Below, piece after piece: positions 18,930 through 28,769 of a stretch of 49,839 nt of DNA. This stretch comes from Planctomycetota bacterium (GTDB lineage Bacteria > Planctomycetota > UBA11346), in contig JBBQSO010000035.1 of assembly GCA_038213805.1 (NCBI GenBank), forward strand, positions 1 through 49,839, written 5' to 3'. Every line of letters starts with the position of its first letter. Positions within the stretch are counted from its first letter, which is position 1. The translations under genes and the position numbers were made by a program. The notes below the pieces were generated by a model that was not told the origin of the DNA, searched no databases, and saw nothing but the letters and a program-made list of their open reading frames with translations.

Positions 18930-19191
18930 GGGGGCGATCGTGGGCGGGGGCTGGGCGGGTCCAGGGGGACAACCGTGACCAACGGGGAGTCGGCGTGCTG
19001 AATGGTATCCATCAGATGGTCGAGCTGGCGCCCCCCCAGCGGCTTGTCACGTGTCCAATGGCACGTCTCGCCCACCGTGCTGTCCGCTGCGAGGCGTCGA
19101 GCGCCAGCTCGACCATGTCCACCGGTACCGTCCGCTGGCATCTGCAGCCCCGATCGCCACGCCAGAGCTCCAGAATGAACGCGACGGTCCC

Positions 19192-19215
19192 GCCATCAGC
19201 CATCAGCCATCAGCC
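19192..19215 (-). repeat. Heptamer tandem repeat (TGATGGC)n downstream of the xylR-like stop codon
   Basis: GCCATCA x3 plus GCC on the + strand. Confidence 0.9.
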
Positions 19216-20351
19216 TACCGCTGCTCGCGGAACGCACTGGGCGTCATGCCGGCCTTCTTCTTAAATACCACGCTCAGGTATTCCGCGTGGATGAAGCCGC
19301 TGCGCTCGGCGATGGCGGTCAGCGGCAGGTCGGTATCGCGCAGCAGCTCCTTCACGCGCGCCAGCTTGGTGCGCAGGATCTGTTCGTGTGGCGTATGCCC
19401 AAACAACGCCTTGAAGCGGTTCTCGAGCACGCGCCGGGTCAGCTTCGTGCGCAGCAGCAGGGTGCCGACGTCGATGCCGTCGCAGGCGTTGTCGCGGATG
19501 AAGCGCACCAGCGCTGAGATCTCGGCGTCATCGATGGCCAGCACCTCGCTGGAGCGGCGCGTGGCCACGCCGCGCGGCGGAACGCGCACCGTGCGCTCGT
19601 GCGGGTCGGTGCCGGACATCAGCCCGTCAAGCAGGCGCGCCGCCTCGTAGCCGGTGCGCACTGCCTCGGGCTGGACGCTGGTCAGCGGCGGGTCGCAGAG
19701 TTCGCAGATCAGCTCATCGTCGTCGACGCCGACCACCGCGACCTCGTCAGGGACGGCGATCTCAGCCTCGCGGCAGGCGTCGAGGACCTGGCGGCCGCGA
19801 AGGTCGTAGCAGGCCATCATCCCGACCGGCTTGGGCAGGGCGGCGATCCACGCGCCGAGACGGGCGAGTTCGCGGTCGGGCTCCTCCTTGCGGCGGGTGG
19901 GGAAGACGGCGCAGTCGTGACCGAGCGCGCGCAGCGCACCAACGAAGGCCTCCTGGCGCCAGGTCGACCACTGGAAGCGCGCGTCGCCGCAGAAGGCGAA
20001 GCGCCGGAAGCCGCGCTCGCGCAGGTGGTCGCAGGCGAGGCGCGCGATCGCGATGTCGTCGGTCTCGACCCACGGCAGGTCGGACACCAGGCGCGCCGAG
20101 CTGACGTCGACCGCGGGCACGCGCGCCGCCTGCACGGCCTTGGCGATGTCCTGATTCTCGATGCGCGCAATGATGCCGTCGCCCTGCCAGCGCCCCAGCC
20201 AGGCAGGCGGGGCCTCGCCGCGGCCGTGCTCGGAAAGGAAGATCGACCATGCGTGATGCTCGCGCATGTAGCTGATCACCCCCCGCAGCAGGTTACGTGC
20301 GTAGCCATTACTGGTCTCGACGAGCAGGGCGACACGGAGGCGGCGAGGCAT
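19215..20351 (-). CDS. xylR: XylR-type transcriptional regulator (LacI-type ligand-binding domain + C-terminal AraC HTH)
   Basis: RVALLVETSNGYAR..., VAVVGVDDDELIC--CDPPLTSV, and AraC HTH LLRDTDLPLTAIAERSGF...YLSVVFKKKAGMTP. The start may extend to 20372. Confidence 0.9.
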   Translation of the reverse strand: MPRRLRVALLVETSNGYARNLLRGVISYMREHHAWSIFLSEHGRGEAPPAWLGRWQGDGIIARIENQDIAKAVQAARVPAVDVSSARLVSDLPWVETDDIAIARLACDHLRERGFRRFAFCGDARFQWSTWRQEAFVGALRALGHDCAVFPTRRKEEPDRELARLGAWIAALPKPVGMMACYDLRGRQVLDACREAEIAVPDEVAVVGVDDDELICELCDPPLTSVQPEAVRTGYEAARLLDGLMSGTDPHERTVRVPPRGVATRRSSEVLAIDDAEISALVRFIRDNACDGIDVGTLLLRTKLTRRVLENRFKALFGHTPHEQILRTKLARVKELLRDTDLPLTAIAERSGFIHAEYLSVVFKKKAGMTPSAFREQR

Positions 20352-20586
20352 GTGCGCGAGCGTCGTCTGCAATGCGGATTGGACAAGGGTTCACGGGTGA
20401 AAATCAGAAGGATAGGTGCCGCACTCCACTGGGCCTAGGTCGGCCGAGGCGAGCGCGGCCGCGGCAAAGGCAGCGCTCTTAGGCACGGTTATGAATACGT
20501 ATGACGCTTCTCAATATGGTCTTAGATGCACAGAAGAAGTCGCGGCCCCGGCCGGACGCGAACACACGACCTGCCAATGCCCGGTG

Positions 20587-20646
20587 AAAAACCTCATCAT
20601 GCAGGCTAAGGACCTCATAGACGACCAGACCGCATCCGGCTAGGAT
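20587..20646 (+). promoter_or_regulatory. Candidate XylR/AraC direct-repeat site abutting a sigma70-like promoter
   Basis: ACCTCAT at 20591 and 20612 (21-bp period). TAGACG (20618-20623) - 17 nt - TAGGAT (20641-20646) lies upstream of the ATG at 20679. Confidence 0.55.
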
Positions 20647-20678
20647 GGCGTATCCTTCCCCATCCCGGAGTGCCTACC

Positions 20679-23600
20679 ATGTGGAACCACCTGCGCCCTG
20701 CCCCCGCGCGGCAGACCGTACTGACGCGCTGTGCGGCCGTGCTGATCCTGGCGCTGACCGCGGCCCAAGGCGCGCAGGCGGCAGATGGCCTGCCCATCCT
20801 CTTCCTCGGCGATCAAGGCCATCACGAGCCCAGCAAGCGCTATGGCTGGATAGCGAACCACCTGCTCGCGGCGGGCTTCGCGCCCACCTACACGGAGAAC
20901 GTCGACGACCTCACCGGCGGTAAGCTTGACCATTACGACGCTTTGCTGGTCTATGCCAACATCGGCAGCGCCTCGCCGGCGCTGGAAAAAGCGCTCGTCG
21001 ACTACGTCGAGTCCGGCCACGCCTTCGTGCCGCTCCACTGCGCCTCGGCCTGCTTCGGCAACTCCAAGCCGCTCATCGCGCTGATGGGCGCAAGCTTCCG
21101 TAGCCATATGACCGGGGTGTTCGCGCCCACGATCATCGATCACGAGCATCCGCTGATGCAGGGCTTCAATGGCTACTCGACGTGGGACGAGACCTACGTG
21201 CATGCAGACCACAATCCTCTCGGCCGCACCGTGCTCGCGGTGCGCAAGGATCCGGCTGGCGACGAGCCGTGGACGTGGGTGCGCACCCAGGGCAAGGGCC
21301 GCGTATTCTACACCGCCTCGGGCCACGACGAGCGCACCTGGTGCGACCCCGCCTTCCAGGACCTGATCGTGCGCGGCACCGCCTGGGCGATCGGCGACAA
21401 GGCCAAGCCCATCCTCGACGCCACCGTCGCCGACGCCGCGCGCCGCGCCACGCGCGTGCCGCTGGTCATGGAGCCGCGCCCGACGGTGCAGAACTACGAG
21501 AAGCGCACCCCCTACCCCGAGTACCAGCTGCCACTCGCGGCCAAGGACTCGATGGACTACATCCACACCGAGACCGGCTTCGATCTGCAGCTGTTCGCCG
21601 GCGATCCCGACATCGTGCGGCCGATCGCCTTCACCTGGGACCACCGCGGCCGTCTGTGGGTGGTCGAGACCACCGACTACCCCTCGGTTTTCACCGACCG
21701 TGACCAGGGTCACGACCGCATCCTGATTTGCGAGGACACCAACGGCGACGGCAAGGCCGACAAGTTCACGGTCTTCGCCGACCACCTCAACATCCCCACC
21801 GGCATCGTGCTGGTCAACGGCGGCGTGCTGGTCTCGCAGGCGCCGGACTTCATCTTCCTCAAGGACACCGACGGCGACGACAAGGCCGACGTGCGCGAGC
21901 GCGTGTTCACCGACATGTGGAGCAAGGGCGACACCCACGCCGGGCCGTCGAACCTGCACTACGGCTTCGACAACCACGTCTACGGGTCGGTCGGCTACGC
22001 CGGGTTCAAGGGCAAGGTCGATGGCGACGCGCTCGAATTCCGCATGGGCATCTACCGCTTCTCGCGCACCTACGGCGGCATGCAATTCCTTGGCCAGTAC
22101 AACAACAACACCTGGGGTATGGGCTTCAACGAGGCGGGCGAGCTGTTCGGATCGACCGCCAACAACGCCCACCACTTCTACACGCCCATTCCGCAGCCTT
22201 ACGCGCGTGGCGTCGTGGGCATGGATGATCCGGCGGTACTGAACTCGGTGAAGATGGACTCCCACTACACGGCACACGCGCTGACCGAGCGGATTCGCCA
22301 GGTCGACGTCATGGGCGGATACACTGCGGCGGCCGGCCACAACCTGTACACCGCGCGCGCCTTTCCGCAGCGCTACTGGAATCGCGCCGCATTCGTCAAT
22401 GAGCCGACCATGCACCTCGTCCACCAGGGCTTCCTGGTGCGCGACGGGTCGGGGTGGACCGAGGGCCCGGACGGCATCAACCTGCTCGCCAGCGAGGAGC
22501 AGTGGGTCGCGCCGGTGTTCAGCGAGGTCGGCCCGGACGGCGCGCTGTGGGTCAGCGACTGGTATAACTTCGTCGTCCAGCACAACCCCACGCCCAGCCC
22601 CGACCACGGTGGCTTCGCCGCCACCAACGGCGCTGGTGGCGCGCATGTCAATCCGCTGCGCGACAACCAGCACGGCCGCATCTACCGCGTGGTGTGGCGC
22701 GGCGCCAAGCCGGCGCCGCAGCTGAAGCTGGACCCTGCTGACGGGGCGCAGCTCGCCGCGACGCTGGCCAACGACAACCTGTTCTGGCGCCTCACCGCGC
22801 AGCGCCTGCTGGTCGAGCGCGGCAAGACCGACGTGGTGCCGGCACTGATCGCGCTGGCCAAGGACCAGGGCATGGACCAGATCGGCATCAACGGTGGCGC
22901 GATCCACGCGCTATGGACCCTGCACGGGTTGCATGCGTTGAGTGGCGACGCGTTGGCCGTCGCAGTCGCCGCACTGAAACATCCCTCGGCCGCGGTGCGC
23001 CGCAATGCCGTGCAGGTGTTGCCACCGGGCGCAGCCAGCGCTGCGGCGATCGTCGCGTCCGGCATCCTCGCCGACGTGGACCTCAATGTGCGCCTGGCCG
23101 CCTTCCTGGCCGCCGCCGATCAGCCGGCCGATGCCGCGCTGGGCGCCGCGTTGGCGGCACAGACGCGGCGTCCCGAGGTGCAGGGCGACAAGTACCTGCC
23201 GAACGCACTGGCGATCGCCTCCGCCCACCACGCCGACGGCTTCCTGACGGCGGAGCTCAAGGGCGGCGTCACCATGCCCATCGCTGACGATGACGGCACC
23301 AGCGGCCTGAATTTGTCGCCGAGCCGCGGCTTCGAAGACGTTTCCGACGGCAAGCCACTCGGCTGGGCGCCGCATACCTACGGCGGGAAGGCCGACTTCG
23401 CCATCGACCAGGGCCGCCACGGCAACGCGGTGCGGATCACAGCGCAGGACGGCGCGGATGCGAGCTGGATGACCACCATCCCGGTCAAACCGCACACCGC
23501 ATACCGGCTGACCGGCTTCATCAAGACGAAGAGCGTGGCCAAGGCGACCGGCGCGCTCTTCAACCTCAATCTCAATCCCGCGAAGTCGGCGGCCGTCACC

Positions 23601-24455
23601 GGCACCAGCGACTGGAAACGTGTGACCATGGACTTCAATTCCGAGCAGGCCACCACACTGGAGGTCAACTGCCTGTTCGGCGGCTGGGGCCAGTCCACCG
23701 GCATCGCCTGGTACGATGATGTCACCATCACCGAGCTGGCCGCTGGCGGTCCGACCGGAGCGATCGAACGCATGGTGGCGCGCAATTTCGCGCACCACGG
23801 CGTGCTCGCTGACCAGACCGCGCTGATCGGCAGCTTGGCCGATGCGGATCGTGGCTTGGCCAAGGCCATCCTGGATGGCCTCGCCGCGGGCTGGAATGAA
23901 CGCGACCTGCCGACCGACCTTGGCGCCAAGGAGCAGGGCGCGCTTGCCATCGCCGCGAGCCGGCTGCCCACCGTGCTGCAGGCGCCGCTGGGCGCGCTGA
24001 CCACGCGCTGGGCGGGTGGCGCGGCGTCGCAACCGGCGGTGGCCCACGCCGCGCCGCTGCCTGTGGCCGAACAGCAGCGCTTCGAGTCCGGCAAGGCGCG
24101 CTACATGCTGCTGTGCGTCGCCTGCCACCAGCCGAACGGCATGGGTCTGGCCGCGGTCGCGCCACCGCTGGCGAAATCGGAATGGGTCAACGGCCCGGAG
24201 AGCCACCTCGCGCGCTTCGTCCTGCATGGCGTGAAGGGCCCGATCACCGCTGCAGGCGTCAGCTTCACCCTCGAGATGCCACCCTGGAAGGACGCCCTCG
24301 ATGACACCGCCATCGCCGAGATCCTGACGTATGTGCGCCACGAGTGGGGCAACGACGCGCCGCCGGTGCAGGTCGCTACCGTCACGGCAATCCGCGCTGC
24401 CGAGCAGGCGCGCAAGATGCCGTGGACGGTGGATGAGGTGAAGAAGGTTCGGTGA
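20679..24455 (+). CDS. PVC-type heme-binding CxxCH protein (ThuA-like domain, sugar-dehydrogenase-like beta-propeller, HEAT repeats, CBM-like domain, cytochrome c)
   Basis: Signal peptide; ThuA-like FVPLHCAS...GKGRVFYTASGHD; propeller WDHRGRLWVVET...DTNGDGKAD...GPDGALWVSDWYN; HEAT repeats; CBM4_9-like segment ending AWYDDV; C-terminal CVACH...MPP. GGAG RBS. Confidence 0.9.
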   Translation: MWNHLRPAPARQTVLTRCAAVLILALTAAQGAQAADGLPILFLGDQGHHEPSKRYGWIANHLLAAGFAPTYTENVDDLTGGKLDHYDALLVYANIGSASPALEKALVDYVESGHAFVPLHCASACFGNSKPLIALMGASFRSHMTGVFAPTIIDHEHPLMQGFNGYSTWDETYVHADHNPLGRTVLAVRKDPAGDEPWTWVRTQGKGRVFYTASGHDERTWCDPAFQDLIVRGTAWAIGDKAKPILDATVADAARRATRVPLVMEPRPTVQNYEKRTPYPEYQLPLAAKDSMDYIHTETGFDLQLFAGDPDIVRPIAFTWDHRGRLWVVETTDYPSVFTDRDQGHDRILICEDTNGDGKADKFTVFADHLNIPTGIVLVNGGVLVSQAPDFIFLKDTDGDDKADVRERVFTDMWSKGDTHAGPSNLHYGFDNHVYGSVGYAGFKGKVDGDALEFRMGIYRFSRTYGGMQFLGQYNNNTWGMGFNEAGELFGSTANNAHHFYTPIPQPYARGVVGMDDPAVLNSVKMDSHYTAHALTERIRQVDVMGGYTAAAGHNLYTARAFPQRYWNRAAFVNEPTMHLVHQGFLVRDGSGWTEGPDGINLLASEEQWVAPVFSEVGPDGALWVSDWYNFVVQHNPTPSPDHGGFAATNGAGGAHVNPLRDNQHGRIYRVVWRGAKPAPQLKLDPADGAQLAATLANDNLFWRLTAQRLLVERGKTDVVPALIALAKDQGMDQIGINGGAIHALWTLHGLHALSGDALAVAVAALKHPSAAVRRNAVQVLPPGAASAAAIVASGILADVDLNVRLAAFLAAADQPADAALGAALAAQTRRPEVQGDKYLPNALAIASAHHADGFLTAELKGGVTMPIADDDGTSGLNLSPSRGFEDVSDGKPLGWAPHTYGGKADFAIDQGRHGNAVRITAQDGADASWMTTIPVKPHTAYRLTGFIKTKSVAKATGALFNLNLNPAKSAAVTGTSDWKRVTMDFNSEQATTLEVNCLFGGWGQSTGIAWYDDVTITELAAGGPTGAIERMVARNFAHHGVLADQTALIGSLADADRGLAKAILDGLAAGWNERDLPTDLGAKEQGALAIAASRLPTVLQAPLGALTTRWAGGAASQPAVAHAAPLPVAEQQRFESGKARYMLLCVACHQPNGMGLAAVAPPLAKSEWVNGPESHLARFVLHGVKGPITAAGVSFTLEMPPWKDALDDTAIAEILTYVRHEWGNDAPPVQVATVTAIRAAEQARKMPWTVDEVKKVR

Positions 24456-24487
24456 TGGCTGATGGCTGATGGCTGATGGCTGACAGC
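24453..24487 (+). repeat. Heptamer tandem repeat (TGATGGC)x4 + TGACAGC starting at the stop codon
   Basis: Read directly from the sequence. Confidence 0.9.
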
Positions 24488-24564
24488 CTTTTCGCTCACC
24501 GTTCATTCGTTTCTCGCAACTCGTAACTGCAGCCCAACCTGGCTGCCCGCATTCAAGGAAGACC

Positions 24565-25707
24565 ATGCCCCGCAAACCCCGCGTCGCCATCATCGGCCTC
24601 GGCTTCGGTGCCGAGTTCATCCCCATCTACCAGCGCCATCCGGACGTGGAGATGTACGCGATCTGCCAGCGCGATCCCGCCAAGCTCAAAGCCGTCGGCG
24701 ACGCCTTCGGCATCGCCAAGCGCTACACCGAGTACGCCGACGTGCTCAAGGATCCGGATGTCGACTTCGTGCACATCAACACGCCCATCCCCGAGCACGG
24801 CCGGCAGACCATCGCGGCGCTACAGGCCGGCAAGCACGTGATGTGCACCGTACCGATGGCGACCACGGTCGAGGAGTGTCGGCAGATCGTCGAGCTCTGC
24901 GAGCAGACCGGCAAACGCTACATGATGGCGGAAACCGTGATCTACGCGCGCGAATACCTCTTCGCCAAGGAGCTCTACGATAGCGGCGAGCTCGGCCGCG
25001 TGCAGTTCCTGCAGGCCAGCCACCAGCAGGACATGGACGGCTGGCCCAACTACTGGCCCGGCCTGCCGCCGATGCATTACGCGACGCACTGCGTCGGACC
25101 GGTACTGGCGCTGACCAATGCCGAGGCAGAGACGGTGTCGTGCTTCGGCTCCGGGCGCATCCGCGAGGATCTCATTCCCAAGTACAACTCCTCGTTCGCG
25201 GTCGAAACCTGCCACATCAAGCTGCGCGACAGCGACGTGGTCGGGCGCATCCACCGCTCGCTCTTCGATACCGCGCGCCAGTACCGCGAGAGCTTCGACG
25301 TCTACGGCTCGAAGAAGTCCTTCGAGTGGCAGCTGATCGAGGGCGAGGATCCGGTCATCCACACCGCCAAGAAGGCTGAGCACGAGATCGCCCAGCGCGT
25401 CAAGGTCCCGGACTACGCGCACCGCCTGCCGGAGGCGATCCGCGGCTTCACCACCAAGGGCGTCTACGACGGCGACGGCCAGCAGCACCTGTCGTTCATC
25501 CAGGGATCGGGGCACGGCGGCTCGCACCCGCACCTGGTGCATGAGTTCGTCTCGGCCCTGAATCAGGATCGCGAACCGTATCCGAATGCCCGCCAGTCCG
25601 CGAACTGGACCTGCGTGGGCATCCTCGCCCACCAGTCGGCGCTGGCCGGAGGTGAGCTGATCAAGCTGCCGGAGTTCACCTTGGCGAAGCGGGCGAAGCA
25701 GGCCTGA
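24565..25707 (+). CDS. Gfo/Idh/MocA family oxidoreductase
   Basis: Rossmann RVAIIGLGFG, DPDVDFVHINTP...H...ALQAGKHVMCTVPMA; AAGGAAG RBS. Confidence 0.92.
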   Translation: MPRKPRVAIIGLGFGAEFIPIYQRHPDVEMYAICQRDPAKLKAVGDAFGIAKRYTEYADVLKDPDVDFVHINTPIPEHGRQTIAALQAGKHVMCTVPMATTVEECRQIVELCEQTGKRYMMAETVIYAREYLFAKELYDSGELGRVQFLQASHQQDMDGWPNYWPGLPPMHYATHCVGPVLALTNAEAETVSCFGSGRIREDLIPKYNSSFAVETCHIKLRDSDVVGRIHRSLFDTARQYRESFDVYGSKKSFEWQLIEGEDPVIHTAKKAEHEIAQRVKVPDYAHRLPEAIRGFTTKGVYDGDGQQHLSFIQGSGHGGSHPHLVHEFVSALNQDREPYPNARQSANWTCVGILAHQSALAGGELIKLPEFTLAKRAKQA

Positions 25708-25713
25708 GAGGGC

Positions 25714-25755
25714 TGTCGCTGATCCGGTCCTCGTCTGCCGACCGGATCAGCGACA
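25714..25755 (+). terminator. Perfect 16-bp stem-loop after the oxidoreductase (terminator-like, no U-tract)
   Basis: TGTCGCTGATCCGGTC (25714-25729) pairs with GACCGGATCAGCGACA (25740-25755); 10-nt loop. Confidence 0.6.
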
Positions 25756-25800
25756 TCGCACTTGCCTGGATAACCGGCCTGGACTAGCGTACCCGCATAC

Positions 25801-26196
25801 ATGTCGCGTCGCGTGCACCTGCCGACCGTCCCCTGCCGCTGGCCCAGCCTGCTCGGCGCCGTGTTGGCCCTGCTGGTGGCGGTGCATGGACTGTTGCCGG
25901 GCCTTCACCAGCTGCTCGCGCACGGAGCACATCAAGCTGGTGACACCACGTCGGAATCATGCTTTCAGCACGGTGATCCGGTGGTCAGCACGCGCGCAGG
26001 CGACCTGAACGAGGAAGCCGGCTGCCCGATCTGCCACCAGCTTCAGGTCAGCGGGGATATCGCCCTGCCCACGCCTGCGGCCGGCACCTGCGTCAGCGGG
26101 AACGAACCGGTCGCAGCGCTGCGCTGGCTGATCCGCCAGGTCCGCGGGCGTCCGGATGTCACGGGAATCTCCGCACGGGGACCGCCGCCAGCCTGA
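25801..26196 (+). CDS. DUF2946-like upstream ORF (N-terminal TM/signal, CxxC, C-terminal RGPP)
   Basis: Hydrophobic N-terminus, His-rich segment, CPICHQ, ends SARGPPPA. Preceded by TTGCCT-17-TAGCGT. Lies directly upstream of a metal-uptake operon. Confidence 0.75.
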   Translation: MSRRVHLPTVPCRWPSLLGAVLALLVAVHGLLPGLHQLLAHGAHQAGDTTSESCFQHGDPVVSTRAGDLNEEAGCPICHQLQVSGDIALPTPAAGTCVSGNEPVAALRWLIRQVRGRPDVTGISARGPPPA

Positions 26197-26334
26197 CCCG
26201 GGCTGCGGGCCACCGCGCGCTCATCGGCTGGAGCCGGTGGCAGCGCCGTGCCCCGCGCCCCGGGCGCGCGCGTCGCTCCACCACGCCGCCGCCGCCTCCG
26301 GGCCGCGCTGCCGGCGCTACTCCACGGATCTCCC

Positions 26335-27705
26335 ATGCGCTCACGGCACGCCACCATTGGTGGTCTCCTCCTGCTTGTCGCGGCCATGTCGGCCGAAGAC
26401 GTTCCCACCGCCACCCAGACCAAGCTCGACGAGCTGATGCGGCAGAACGCCGAGCTCGCAGCTCGCCTCGACGCCGTCGAGCAGCGCCAGGCGCAAGCGC
26501 CCTCCGCACCGCCGTCGCAGCTGCGGCTCATCGATCTGTCCCTGGATATCATCTCGACCGCTGGCACCTCGACCGCAAATGACGCGCTGATCCCAACCCT
26601 GCAGGGCGGCGGCCACGATCCCAAGCGCCGCGGCTTCACCTTCCAGAACGCCGAGCTCAGCCTGGGCGGTGCGGTCGATCCGTTCTTCACCGCCGAGATG
26701 CACCTGATCGCCTTCCGGAACGAACCCGATGGCACCACCAGCGTGGAGCTTGAGGAGGCCTATGCGCGCAGCACCTCGCTGCCCGCGGGGCTGGAGCTCA
26801 AAGTCGGTCAATACCTCACCGAATTCGGCCGCTTCAATCCCACGCATCCCCACGCCTGGCAGTTCATCGACCAGCCCATCATCCTGACCCGCGTCTTCGG
26901 GGGCGACGGCCAGCGCAGCCCGGGTGCACGCCTGCTTTGGAGCCTGCCGACGGCATGGTTGTCGGAAGCGATCGTCGGCATCCAGGACGCGAATGGCGAG
27001 ACGTCGCCGAGCTACCTTTCATCCCCTGATGTGGGCGCGGCGGGGGGCCGCCCCTTCCATGCGCGCGGCACCCGCAGCCTCGGCGACATGCTGGTCAATG
27101 CACGCTGGGTGAACGCGCTCGACGTCGGCGACGGCATCATCAAGGCCGGCGTCTCGGCGGCGGGCGCCAGCAACGCCGCCGGCGACGACACCCGCACCAC
27201 CATCTGGGGCGCGGATATCGCCTACCGCTGGCATCCGGCCGGCGGCGAGCGCGGCTGGCCCTTCGTGCTGATCGAAACCGAGTACATCGAACGCGCCTAC
27301 CAGGTCGGCGCCGCCGATCTGGTGGACAGCACGCTGGGCGTGGTCGGCCAGGCCGGGCGAGAGACGCTGCGCGACCGCGGCGGGATCGCGCAGATCATCT
27401 GGGGTTTCCACCCCGGCTGGGCCGCGGGCCTGCGCGGCGAATACTGCACCGGCAGCGGCAGCGACATCGTGACCGTCGCCAACGGCACCGGCGGCACGGT
27501 GACCACGGTGGGCGGCCGCAGCGGCGACCCTCTGCGCGACGACCGCACGCGCTACGCAGCACTGCTCAGCTGGCAGCCCAGCGAATTTGCGCATTTCCGC
27601 CTGCAGTACGACCAGGATCATGCGGCACGGCTTGACCGCGCGGAGCACAGCGTGTGGCTCGGCGCGGAATTCCTGATCGGCACCCACCCCGCGCACGTGT
27701 TCTGA
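26335..27705 (+). CDS. Outer-membrane beta-barrel protein associated with a metal ABC transporter
   Basis: Signal peptide, coiled coil, GGHDP...AVDPFF...ELEEAY...FGRFNPTHPHAW, C-terminal PSEFAHFRLQY...IGTHPAHVF. Confidence 0.8.
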   Translation: MRSRHATIGGLLLLVAAMSAEDVPTATQTKLDELMRQNAELAARLDAVEQRQAQAPSAPPSQLRLIDLSLDIISTAGTSTANDALIPTLQGGGHDPKRRGFTFQNAELSLGGAVDPFFTAEMHLIAFRNEPDGTTSVELEEAYARSTSLPAGLELKVGQYLTEFGRFNPTHPHAWQFIDQPIILTRVFGGDGQRSPGARLLWSLPTAWLSEAIVGIQDANGETSPSYLSSPDVGAAGGRPFHARGTRSLGDMLVNARWVNALDVGDGIIKAGVSAAGASNAAGDDTRTTIWGADIAYRWHPAGGERGWPFVLIETEYIERAYQVGAADLVDSTLGVVGQAGRETLRDRGGIAQIIWGFHPGWAAGLRGEYCTGSGSDIVTVANGTGGTVTTVGGRSGDPLRDDRTRYAALLSWQPSEFAHFRLQYDQDHAARLDRAEHSVWLGAEFLIGTHPAHVF

Positions 27706-27716
27706 GGAGCGTCACC

Positions 27717-28769
27717 ATGAACACCTTTCATCACCTCCTGCTTTCCGTCGCCTGTGCTCTGGCGGCAGGCGCACTGACCACGGCCGCCACGGCCGAGCCG
27801 CTACGCGTCTGTGCCACAGTCCCGGACCTCGGCGGGCTGGTGTCTGCTGTCGGCGGCGATGCAGTCACCGTCACAGTCTTCGCGCGCGGCGGCGACGATC
27901 CGCACTTCGTCGATCCACGGCCGGGCTTCGCCAAGGCGCTGTCCAAGGCCGACCTGGTGGTCTCGGTCGGCGTCGAACTGGAGATTGGTTGGCTGCCGGT
28001 GGTGTTGACGCAATCGCGCAATGTCGCGCTGGCGCCTGGACAGCCGGGCTACTTCGAGGCGGCCGGTGCGGTGCGCCTGCTCGGTGCGCCGGGCGGCGCG
28101 GTCGATCGCTCGCACGGCGACGTCCATCCCGGCGGGAATCCGCACTTCCTCACCGATCCGGTGTGCGGCGTCCAGGTCGCCAAGGCGCTGGCGCAGCGTT
28201 TGGGCGATCTGCGCCCGGAACTGGCCGGCGCCATGACCATGCGCTACCACGCCTTCGCGCTGGACGTGGCGCACCGCCTGCTCGGTGACGCGGTGGTCGC
28301 GCGCATCGGCGACGAGTCGGCAGTGACCGCGCTTGAACGCGACAGCTTGGCGGTTGCGATCGGCGACGCCCACGACCTGGGCGGATGGCTGGGGCGCTTG
28401 CGACCGGCGCTCGGGGCGACACTGATCGCTGACCATGACCTGTGGCCCTATGTGGCGCGGCGCTTCGGCTTCACCATCGTCGGTTTCCTTGAGCCCAAGC
28501 CGGGGGTGCCCCCAACCACCCGGCACCTCGCGGAGATCATCCAGCTCGCCAAGGCTCAAGGCGTGAAGGCGATCATCACCGTGCCGTACTTCGATCCGCG
28601 GCATGCGACCCTGGTGGCGGAGCAGACCGGGTTGCCGGTCGTACACCTCGCTCATCAGGTGGGAGCGCTGCCCGCGGCGACCGATTGGCTGGCGCTGATC
28701 GACAGCAACGTCACGGCGCTGGCGATCGGACTGGGGCTGGGCAAGGACGCGGCGGGAACGGGCAAGTGA
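27717..28769 (+). CDS. Metal (Zn/Mn/Fe) ABC transporter substrate-binding protein, ZnuA/TroA family
   Basis: DPHFVDPRP, GDVHPGGNPHFLTDP, LEPKPGVPPTTRHL; GAGGAG RBS. Confidence 0.9.
   Translation: MNTFHHLLLSVACALAAGALTTAATAEPLRVCATVPDLGGLVSAVGGDAVTVTVFARGGDDPHFVDPRPGFAKALSKADLVVSVGVELEIGWLPVVLTQSRNVALAPGQPGYFEAAGAVRLLGAPGGAVDRSHGDVHPGGNPHFLTDPVCGVQVAKALAQRLGDLRPELAGAMTMRYHAFALDVAHRLLGDAVVARIGDESAVTALERDSLAVAIGDAHDLGGWLGRLRPALGATLIADHDLWPYVARRFGFTIVGFLEPKPGVPPTTRHLAEIIQLAKAQGVKAIITVPYFDPRHATLVAEQTGLPVVHLAHQVGALPAATDWLALIDSNVTALAIGLGLGKDAAGTGK

Noticed and set aside
18930..19203. Possible small or frameshifted gene between xylR and pepN
   Set aside because: Two frames look vaguely protein-like, but there is no recognisable motif, RBS or clean stop.
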